Assembly (NCBI GenBank): GCA_033442325.1
Contig: JAWQFM010000003.1
Span: 2,667,657-2,731,540 of the forward strand
DNA: 63,884 bases
From: Salpingoeca rosetta
Taxonomy: Eukaryota > Protista > Choanoflagellata
Reading direction: 5' to 3'
The stretch's first letter is position 1; each line of letters starts with the position of its first letter. Of the stretch, positions 28,825 to 39,700 are shown one piece after another. Made by a program: the position numbers and the translations under genes. The notes under the pieces were generated by a model that searched no databases, was not told where the DNA came from, and was given only the letters and a program-made list of their open reading frames with translations.

Positions 28825-29632
28825 CTCTCTCTCTCTCTGTTAAGTTCAGGCAGGTTTTGCTGTTCTCAAGCCATTTTGATGATGTTATCCGGCGCATTTC
28901 GAGTAGACAGTGCATGTCACGGTTTCCAACCGTCTTCCTTCGTTATAGTGTTTTGCCTTGCATTGCGCTTGCAATGCAGGAATTCCTGCCAGCAATATCA
29001 ACTCTCAATACACGCTCGTTCTGCACCCTTGCCACTGAATGACGACCATATGGGCATAGGCGCATGCACGCGCGTTTTGTTGCTTGAATGGGTGCATTGC
29101 ATCGCTGGCATCATGAATGAAGGGACGCAGCATGTGTGCGCATGTGTGTCTGTGTTTGGGCAGCCCAAAACACAAAAGCGTGGTGTAGTAGTATGCAAGC
29201 AACACAAGCAAGGATCGAAGCAAGCAGGGCACCGTACATGGATGGAACATAAGCGCCGCCGCAACCCGACAAGCAAGAAAAAACACAGCCCACAGCGCGG
29301 CGCTGCTATCAAACAAGGTCATCACGTAACGAGCCAGGAAGAATACATGGATGGGGCTACAGTGCAGCTTCAAGGACAACAAGTAGCCAAGGACAAGAAG
29401 GAGACGCACGGAAGGCACACACTCATGCAGACACGGACACAGACACAGACACACACACACAAACAAACATATGCACAACGTAGTCATACACACACAGACA
29501 CACAAACAGACACAGACACACAACAGACACAGACACACAACAGACACAGACACACAAACAGACACAGACACACAACAGACACAGACACACAAACAGACAC
29601 ATACACAACGCAGTCATACTCAGAGACACAAG

Positions 29633-30532
29633 CTAGAACATTTGTTTGCCCATGTAAGTCTGGGTGTCAAAGCCGAAGATCTCAAAGTCCTCCTTGAATC
29701 TCTTGACGACGGCCTGTGCAGCCTCCTTTGTGTAAAAGTCGGCCCGCGAGCCCTTCTCCTTGGCTGCGCGCTCGCCGGCGTTGTTGACGCGGGGCTTGTG
29801 CAGGGGGCGGTTCACAGACGCGTCAATGAGCTCCGGCACGTCCAGGATCTTGGACACGCGCACGAGGTCCTCGTTGAGATTCTCAAGGTGGCCGACAAAG
29901 TCAAACACGGGGCAGCCGCGGTTGTCGGCGTTGAACATGGCCTGTGGGCTCCAGTGCACGCTGGCGAGGAAGGAGCCCATCTTCATGGAGCCGCGGTCCG
30001 GGTCCAGCGCCCACTCGGAGAACTCCGTCGGTGTGCCGCTCTTGTCCCGCATAAAGTCGACGGCCATGGCCCATGAGGAGATGGCGCGGGAGTACGGGTT
30101 GCGCACGAAGGTGACGATCAAGTAGTCTGGATGCGCGCGCACGGACGGGGCGCAGTTGTCCACCTCATACACGCCGGGGCAGGTCGGGTCGTGGTTGCCG
30201 CACAGCCACTTCATGAATGCGCCCTTGATCTCTGACCCGCCGCTCTTCAGCACGTGCGTGACAATGAACTTGTACTTGTGCACGACGAGGCAACCAGATC
30301 CGGCCCCGCGCTGGCCGCTGATGCGCATTGTCGACGTGCGCAGGGACTCTGGCCGATGGATCAGCCCGTACGGCGCCATGGCATCCGTGTCTGGCGATCC
30401 GCCGCACCGGTGGTACTTGCACCTGTTTGTGTCCTTGTCCAGCGTCACGCAGACGTCTGCCTTGTTCCCACGCACCACGTACTCCGATGAAGATGACACC
30501 ACCGCCGCCACATCTCCGCCACCTGCTTGGCT

Positions 30533-30574
<42 letters not shown>

Positions 30575-31045
30575 AGCTTGCTGCTGCTGCTGTTGTTGTT
30601 GCTGCTGGTGCTCCTTGAGCTGTTGATGGTGCACGTCCTGTTTCTGTTCCAGCTCCTGCTGCTTGTGCTGCTGATCCCGTTGCTCAGCCTTGATGCGCTG
30701 CAACTCGGCCTCGTGCTCTTTCTCCTTCTTCACCCATGCTTGCTTCAGATGGTCGTTCTCCTGCTTTTGCTGGTGCAGCAGCGTCTCCAGCTTTTCCTGC
30801 CGCTTGACGAGATCCTGCAGCTGGCTCTGCACAACTTCGTCGCCCCCATCCCCCACTTGCCGTGGAGGCCCATGTTGCTGCTGGTGCTGCTGGTGTTGCT
30901 GTTGGTGGTGGTCTTCGTGTTCATCCCATGGCGCGGCAAGGTCTCTTGCTCTGCGCACGTCTTGGTAGTGTCGCCCGCGCTCAACAACGAGCAGCACCAC
31001 CACCACAAGCAGCACCACAGAGACGTGTCGCCACGACAGCCGCAT
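29633..31045 (-). CDS. Golgi type II membrane carbohydrate sulfotransferase (Sulfotransfer_2, CHST/HNK-1ST-like), about 470 aa, intronless
   Basis: N-terminal anchor VSVVLLVVVVLLVV, Q-rich coiled-coil stem, 5'-PSB HVLKSGGS, 3'-PB TFVRNPYSRAISSW, HWSPQ, DFVGHLENLNEDL, C-terminal FKEDFEIFGF. Confidence 0.87.
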
Positions 31046-31331
31046 GTTTTGGGTGGTCGCAGCAGTGTGTTGGCTGGGAAAAAAAGTGAGCACTACATTT
31101 TGTGGTGCTGGCTGTTGTTGTGGCCCTGGTTGTTGGCGTGTGGCGGCGGCTGTTGTGCTACCGTGTGGGTGTTTTGGTGTGGGGGCTGGTGTGCTGCATG
31201 CATGTCTTTCTTGTGGTGCTGTGTACATATTTGTTGTGTAACAACGTGCAAGCTGCGCATGAACTTTGATCGCTCGAACACAGGAGGAAGCAAGGAAGGA
31301 AGAAAGAAAGAAAGGCAGGAAGGAAGGTGTG

Positions 31332-31450
31332 CTATGCTAGCCGCAAGGTGGTGGCTGCGAAAGGGAGGTTGTCTGTCTTCTTGTACAGGTTCTCTGGAAA
31401 CGCTTGCCACATGAACCATAACGCCATACCAACCATGACCTATGTAGAGT

Positions 31451-31504
<54 letters not shown>

Positions 31505-31826
31505 CGCGCGTGTGCATGCGTGTGTATGTTACGTTGTGTACGTGTTGTGGTGTTTGTGAGATTGGCGAACTGCGTGGTTGCACATCGTAGGCAGCTGAAG
31601 TGAACAAGCATCGACATAGAAAACGGTGACATCAAGGCACTTGCCACACAAACACCAATAGCGCACGGGAGAGGCAGTTGAAGGAAAACACGCACACACA
31701 CACACACAATCAAAAGCAGAGTGAACAGCAACAGCAACGTTGACAGCGATAACACAACTCCCCCTCACGAACACACACACACACACACATACACACAAAA
31801 AAAAAAACACATGCACACATACGGAT

Positions 31827-31861
<35 letters not shown>

Positions 31862-32536
31862 TACGCGCACACAAATATACACACACACGCATATACGCAT
31901 GCACAAGCACACGCACGCACACAAATACACACACACACACAAATGTACAGATGTACACACGCACGCACAACAACACACCTGCGCAAGGCCGTGAAAGAGG
32001 CGGTACGGGTCGTGTTCGTCGTCAAGGCTGAGGTAGAAGAAGGCAGCGGCTGCTGCGAGGGAACCCAGGCCCCGGAGCACTTTCCCCCGCTGGAACGGTG
32101 GCGGCTTCACGTCCCCAACCAGCTTCACCACCATCAGCAGCACAAACACGCCCACAACATACGCCGTGTACCGCGTCTCCACCATCCAGTACCGGTCCTT
32201 GATCTGCGCAATCCACACCAGCGCAAAGGACAGGTACCGCAGCACCGTGTCGCGGGCCTCGTGGCGGTTGCCCATGAGAAAAATGCACAGGTGCAGGCCA
32301 TATGTTACGGTGAAGATGTTGGTGAGCTCGTGCCACTGGCGCCCAGACAAGAACAGCTCCACGTCCAGCGCATCTGTGAGGTTGTAGCACAGCGACGTCA
32401 CAAACTGAGCCAGGCCCACAAACAGCTCAAAGTGCCGCCCGCGCTCCGCAACCACCGCCAGGCTCGGCACAAACGCCAAGTCCGTCGTCGTCTCAAACAC
32501 AAACTTGAGCAGATGCTCAACCGTCAAGATTGCCAT
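31332..32536 (-). CDS. TMEM8/myomaker-like (DUF3522, CREST superfamily) 7TM protein, 221 aa, 2 exons (32536-31979, 31439-31332)
   Basis: [40 protein letters not shown] resembles the TMEM8/MYMK N-terminus. Seven hydrophobic segments. Spliced C-terminus [11 protein letters not shown]|[15 protein letters not shown]. Canonical phase-0 GT-AG intron. Confidence 0.78.
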
Positions 32537-32598
32537 CTTCACTGCAGCCAGCCACCACACTCGTTCACACTGACGATGGGCTCTACAGCACCCACTCA

Positions 32599-32657
<59 letters not shown>

Positions 32658-33774
32658 ACACACACACACACAGACACACGTTCACACGTTCACACGTTCA
32701 CGCACACACTGGCTGGTTGTTGGGAGGACGGCAACCACCACTGCTGTCCCGCTGCTTGCTCTCCTTCCTTCTTTGTTGCTGTGCAGTGTTTGCCTTGTAG
32801 AGGAATGCCGAATAATATGTGGTGGAATTCTTAGGACGACAACATTCACCAATTTTCGCCTTGGTTGTGTTTGCATGCAGCCAAACAGACCGCTGTTGTT
32901 GTTGTGCGTGAAAGCTTGCAGGCAACCCCGCTTCTCTCTGCTGGCGCTTGCCACAAGCAACAAGCAAAAGCATCAGAGGAGATCGTGTGCGCGACCCAAC
33001 ACAACCAACCAGCCAACAAACAAGCAAGCAAGCAAACAAGCAAACAGACAACACGAGCGCACGGAGAGACTGCAACCAAGCACACTGAGCAGTACTTTTG
33101 ACGTGCAGTGCTCCTCCTGAGCTCTGCTCCCTCCGTGTTCCTTTGCAAAGGAGGAACGAAGAACGGGCGACGTTGGAGCCAACTGCGACTCCTCTGTTCT
33201 TCCTCTCTTTGTTGTTGTTTATTCGTTGTTGTTGTTGTTGTTGTTGTTCTCCTTCTGACCTTTTTGTGCTTGCCGCACAACCTTTCCAACGAGACAGCGA
33301 CGACAGCAACGCGCGCACAGCGCACCACTTGGATCACGACTTCAAGTTCTCACAAGAACAACGACAAACCAAGTATGTACAAACTGTGATTGTCATTGTT
33401 GTGCGTGGGTGCGGCTCTTCGTGCGCTTTGCTTGCAAGCACGTGAGTGTGCTGTGAGGCGTGATAGTCACACGTGATACGGGTGTCATCCTGCGCGTCTT
33501 GAACCTTTGAGTGTCCGGTATCTCTTCCCCCACCCACCACCACATCGTCTTTTGCTGTTTTGTTTTGACACTGCTCTGACAAGTCTGCGGCTTTTGTGAC
33601 AACTCTTGTTGTTGCTCTGTCACTACACTACTCGCGCCACCCACCCTGACGTAACCCCCCCCCCCCCATCTGCTTCTTTGTGCTTCTTTGTGCCGACTTG
33701 CTCTCTCCCCGCTCCTCCTTCTCTCTCAGGCACACCTGGCTCTTCGACTTCATTTTCGCCAAAGGCCTGCAACC

Positions 33775-36700
33775 ATGCACTCACGGCCCAATCATAGGTA
33801 TGATGTGCCTTGCGCTCACATTCTTCCTGCTTGCAGTTGAAAAGGGGGTGGGGGGGGGAGTGCAGTCTGTCCATGTGCTGCTGCTGCTTCTTCTTGTTCT
33901 TGTTCTTGTTCTTGTTCTTCTTGCGCCAGCCACGACTCACTATTCTTCCCCTCCTCGACTCACTTTACCACACGTTTCTGTCCACCACCACCACACCCAC
34001 CACCACAACAACAACAACAACCACAACCACAACCGCCACCACCACAACAACAACTTAAACAACAACAACAACAACTTAAACAACAACAACAACAACAACA
34101 ACTTAAACAACAACAAACAACAACAACTTAAACAACAACAAACAACAACAACCACGATTTCACGTTCATTAGGGCTGTGTTGAGGCCAACACCATCTGCG
34201 ACACCTGCAGCAACGACTGCGCCGCAGAAACAAAGCCATGTGCGAAGCACTGTTGCACTGGCCCACAAGCTCCTGGTTGCAGCGTGCACGCTGCTTCTTC
34301 TGCTTCTTCTGACCACGGCCGGCACTGCTTCCGGCCAAACGTGCACATTGCAGAACGCCCCTTGGGTGTACCTGGAGGCCGGCGCAGTCGCAGCCGTCGA
34401 CCCGCCGTCTGGGCAGGGCGGCTCCAGGATCACAATCACAGGAACTAACCTCCTTGGCGGCGGCACAAACATGACCCGCGTCACCCTCGCAGACATTGCT
34501 GTGGAGAACATCCTCTCCTTCAACAACACCATGGTCGTCGTGCGCGCGGCCGCGTCCCCAACAGCAACCACGGGCGACGTCCTCCTGCAATCTAACACGG
34601 GCGCAATGGTCGTCGCAAACAATTCCTTCACCTACCTCGTGCCGGGCGCCATCAACACGGTGTCCCCCAGCAGCGGTCAGGGCGGCACCTACATCACCCT
34701 GACGGGATCCCGCTTCCTCGGCGACTCTGGCATGCTCACCGCCGCCTACCTCGCCGACGTCCCGGCAGACATTGTCCGTCACAACGACTCCTTTGCCGTG
34801 TTGCGCGCCCGCCCTTCCGCCACCGCAGTGTCGGGCGACATTGTGCTTGTCGCCGCAAACGGCATCCGCGTCGTGGGCACGAACAGGTGGCGCTACGAAA
34901 CGCCGGGCTTCATCGCCGCCGCAGCGCCAAACTCGGGTGTCGTGGGTACCCGCTCGTACATCTTCGGCAACAACCTCCGCGGCTACGGCTCGCGCATCAC
35001 CAACGTCACCCTTGCCGGTGTGGATGCGCGCATTCTCGAGGAGAACAACCTCTTCGTCCGCGTCGTCGTCGCCAGCGGGCCCGACAACGCCACCGGCGAC
35101 ATTGTCGTCACCTCCGACACGGGCGCACAGGTCATCGCAGATGACGCCTGGCAGTACGTGCCGCTCGGAAACATCACCGCCCTCGAGCCCGCAGACGGTA
35201 TCACAAACACCCGCGTCACCATCCACGGCGAGAACCTCCTCAGCGGTGGCCAGTCAGTCATCCAGGTGCGCATGGCCGGCGTAGCGGCAAACATCATCTC
35301 CTACTCAGATGACCGCGTCATCGTCAACGCCGGCGCCTCAGACCTGCCAGGCACTCGCGGCGACGTCGTGCTCACCATCGACACGGGCCCCGAGGTCGTT
35401 CTGACCAACGGCTGGACCTACAACATCGTCCCTGGTGACATCTTCACCGTCGAACCAAACCGCGGCCAGCTGGGCACCCGCGTGGCCGTTGAGGGCGTCA
35501 GCCTCCTTGCCGGTGGAGACTCCATCCGCTCCATCACCATTGCTGGCGTGGAGGTCCTCAACATCACCCTACAGACCAACAACCGCGTCGAGTTTGTGGC
35601 AAACTACTCTGCCGTTGCCCAGTCCGGTGATATCATCTTCACCATCAACACGGGCGCCACCGTCCGCCGGCTCAATGGCTGGACCTTCGTCAGCCCCGCC
35701 GTCATCAACAGCAGCACCCCGGCAACGGGGCAGGTTGGCACGTACATCACCCTGCGCGGCTCAAGCCTCCTCGGCGGTGGATCAAGCATCACCTCTGCCA
35801 CCATCGGCACTGTTGCGGCGCGCTCCATCGTCTCCAGCAACGACTCCGTGGTCATCATCGAGGCGGGCCAGAACTCAACAGCCCTGGCCGGGCCGCAAGA
35901 CATTGTGCTCACGGGCAACTACCACGCCCGGATCACACACCAAGCGGCCTTTTCGTTTGTCGCCCCAAGCTTCATCACTTCGGTCTCGCCAAACCTCGGA
36001 CAGGGCGGCACGCGCGTCACCATCCGCGGCGAAGGCCTCACCGGCAGCCACAACGCAACCGCGTCAGTCTCCATCGCCGGGCAGGACGCAGAGGTGCTCA
36101 GCAGCTCGCAGACGAAAATCGTCGTTCGCGCCACTGCTCGCACCCAGGGCGTGGGCAACGTTGTGGTGCGCGCAACGGACGGTGCCCTCACCGTCAAGGA
36201 GAACGCGTTCTCTTACGCCATTCCCGGACAGGTGGATGCCGTGACTCCAAGGCAGGGCCAATATGGCACCACGGTCACCATCACGGGCCAGCGGCTGCTT
36301 GGCAGTGGCTCCTCCATCACCACGGCTTCTCTCGCTGGCGTGCAGGCGCAGATCCTCTTCAACAACAACAACACCATGATCGTGGTTCGCGCCGCGCGCG
36401 CCGCTCAGCCAACCTCCGGCCACATCATCCTCACGGCGGACACGGGCGCGCTCGTCGAGTCCACCATCAACTGGGCGTACCTGGAGGAGGGCAACGTCAC
36501 CCAGGTCTCGCCGGCTTCTGGCCAGGCGGGAACCATGGTCACCATCACGGGTACCCAGCTCAGGGGGCGGGGCTCAAGCATCGTCCTCGCCTACCTTGCT
36601 GGTGTGGAGGCCACCATCCTCTCGCAGACCGACACCCGTGTCATCGTGCAAGCAAACAACGCCAGCGCAAGCGCCCCGATGGCCGTGCAGCTCGAGGCAG

Positions 36701-39700
36701 ATTCCGGGGCCATCGTGTCTGGCGCCCCCACTTTCCGCTTCCTTGAGCGTGGCGCCATTGACTCAGTCTTTCCCGACAGCGGCCAGGACGGCACGCGCGT
36801 CACCATCACCGGCCAGCGACTCCTTGGCGGCGGCGCCTCCGTTGCTCAAGTCACCCTCGCCGATGTCCCTGTCAAGTCAATTGACTCGCAGAACGACACC
36901 TACATTGTTGTCACCGCAAATGTCAGCACCACCTTTGGCCTGGGTACCGTACGCATCACCGCAAATACGGGCGCGTTCACCGAGATGGAGGGCGCGTATC
37001 GCGCCTTGGAGACCAGCGTCATCAACCAAGTTGCGCCGTCCATCGGGCAGGCCGGAACCATTGTCACTGTGCTTGGCGAACGACTTCTCGGTGGTGGCGC
37101 AAGCATCGCCTCAGCCGTGTTTGGCACTGCACCCGCGACAGTCATGTCCTCGAACGACACGCACGTTGTGGTGGCCCTGCAGGCGGCTGCCCCCGGGCTG
37201 GTGTCGGTGCAACTGCAGGCCGACACTGGCGCTGCAACATCTCTGACAAGTGCGCTCACATACGCCGAACCAGGTAACATCACAAGTATCTCGCCAAACG
37301 TCGGGCAACTGGGCACCCTCATCACGATCAACGGTACCAACCTGCTTGCAGCTGGGTCACATATCGCCAACGTGCTGCTCGCAAATATCCCTGTGTTGGA
37401 GATTGTCAACTACACCAATACCCAAGTTGTCGTTCGCCCGAACGCGGATACTCCAGGAACGGTTGCGGTGACCATTGAATCTGACTCTGGTGCGACCACT
37501 ATTGCTGCAAACGCCTTCAACTACACGACGGCGTCGAGTGTGGCTGCGGTTGAGCCTGCGTCGGGCCAGTTTGGCACACGCGTGACCATCACGGGCGCGC
37601 GGCTGTACGGTGCAACCGGCAGCGCCGTTGTGCGCGTGCTGCTCGGCGGCGTGCCTGCAGTGATTGAGGACGAGAGCAGCACAAGCGTGACGGTGGTGGC
37701 GCAGCGAAATGCGTCTGCAGCTGTGAGCGACGAGGTGACGGTGGAGGCGGACTCTGGTGCGCTGACACGGGAGGCTGGGGCCTGGACGTACCTTGCTGAG
37801 GGCACGGTGATGGGCGTTGTGCCTGGCTTTGGACAGCTGGGGACGCGGGTCACCATCAGCGGCACGTCGCTGCTTGGCGGTGGCACGACGGCGTCCAACG
37901 TGACGCTGGCGTCTGTTGCTGTGCTTGAGATTGTGAGCTCGAGCGCGACGCAGGTTGTTGTTGTTGCTGGGAGCTCTGGCACGGCGGCGACGGGGGACGT
38001 TGTTGTTGTGTCTGACACGGGTGCGACGGTGCGCGGGAGCAACGCGTTTGAGTACCGGGAGCAGAGCGCCATCACCGGGGTGCAGCCTGCGCTTGGGCAG
38101 GTTGGCACGGTTGTGACCATCAGCGGCGAGCGGCTGCTGGGGCACGGCAGCGGCGTGAGCCGGGTGACGCTGAACGGCGTGCAGGCGATGGTGCAGAGCG
38201 CAAGCAACACGCAGGTGACGGTTGTTGCGGCGAGCGGGCCTGCCGGTGTGGGCGACGTTGTTGTGACTGCCGACACGGGAGCGCAGACGACGCTCGCGGG
38301 CGGGTTTGAGTACGCGGTGCAGGGCAACATCAGCGCGGTTGTTCCTTCGTCTGGGCAGTACAAGACGCGTGTGACGCTCCGGGGCAGCAACCTGCTTGGC
38401 AGCGGCAACAGCACGGCGAGCGTGGCGCTGGTGGGCCGGGAGGCGACGGTGCTGACGGAGAGCAACACGGAGATTGTTGTTGCAGCGGCGGCTGGGCCCG
38501 GCTCGCAGGTGACGGGCGACGTTGTGATCACGGCGGACACGGGGGCCCGGGTGGAGGAGCCCAACGGGTTTACGTACCTTGTGCCCGGGCGTGTGCAGCA
38601 GGTGCAGCCGTCGAGCGGGCGCGCGGGGACGCGGGTGACGATTGTCGGCGTGGACCTGTGCGGGCCTGAGGCGGACAGCGCAACGGCGACGCTGAATGTG
38701 ACGCTGGTTGGCATTGCTGCTGAGGTGGTGTCGACGGGCGGGTGCGGCGTTGTTGTGGTGCGCGCGGGGGACCTGGGCGCGAACATGACGGGCGACGTTG
38801 TGCTTGTGTCGAGCACGGGCGCTGAGGTGCGCGCAGTGAACGCGTTTACGTACATCTCTGAGGGCGCGATCACGAGCGTGACGCCGTCTGCGGGGCAGGG
38901 CAACACGCTTGTGACGATCCGCGGTGTGAACATGCTTGGCGGCGGCACGGGGGTTGCCTCTGTGACGCTGGCTGGTGTGACGGCGAGCGTGTTCACGGGG
39001 GTTGCCTCTGTGACGCTGGCTGGTGTGACGGCGAGCGTGTTCACGGTGCCGCCGACGGAGACTGAGATTGTGGCGCGTGCGTTTACGGGCAGCGGCCGCG
39101 GCGACGTGGTTGTTGTGAGTGACACGGGCGTGACGACGCGGCTGGTGAACGGGTGGACGTACAGCGAGGTGACGTCGGTGACGCCGTCGTACGGGCAGCG
39201 CGGAACGCGCGTGACGATTGGCGGTGTTGCGCTGACGGCTGGCGGCACGGACATCAGCAAGGTTGAGTTCAACGGGGTTGATGCGACGTCGATTGTGCGT
39301 GCGAACAGCACGGAGGTAGTTGCGGTGGCGGCGTTCAACAGCGTGCCCGGGGACGAGATGGGAGACGTGCGGCTGACGACGGACAACGGGCAGCAGGTGG
39401 TGCTGTCTGACGGGTGGACGTACCGGCCGACGGGGAGCGTCTTGTCTGTGGCGCCGTCGAGCGGGCAGGCGGGGACGCGCGTGACAATCACGGGCGACCA
39501 GCTGCTCGGGTACGGCACGGGGCTTGCGCAGGTGACGCTTGCGGGTGTGGGCGTGCGGGAGATTGTTGAGGCGAACGCGACGCGGGTTGTCGTTGTGGCG
39601 GAGGGCCGCGCGACGGCCGGTGCCGGGCTTGTTGAGCTGACGGCGGACACGGGAGCGACGGTGCGGCAGGCCAACGGGTTTACGTATGTTGCGCCGCAGA

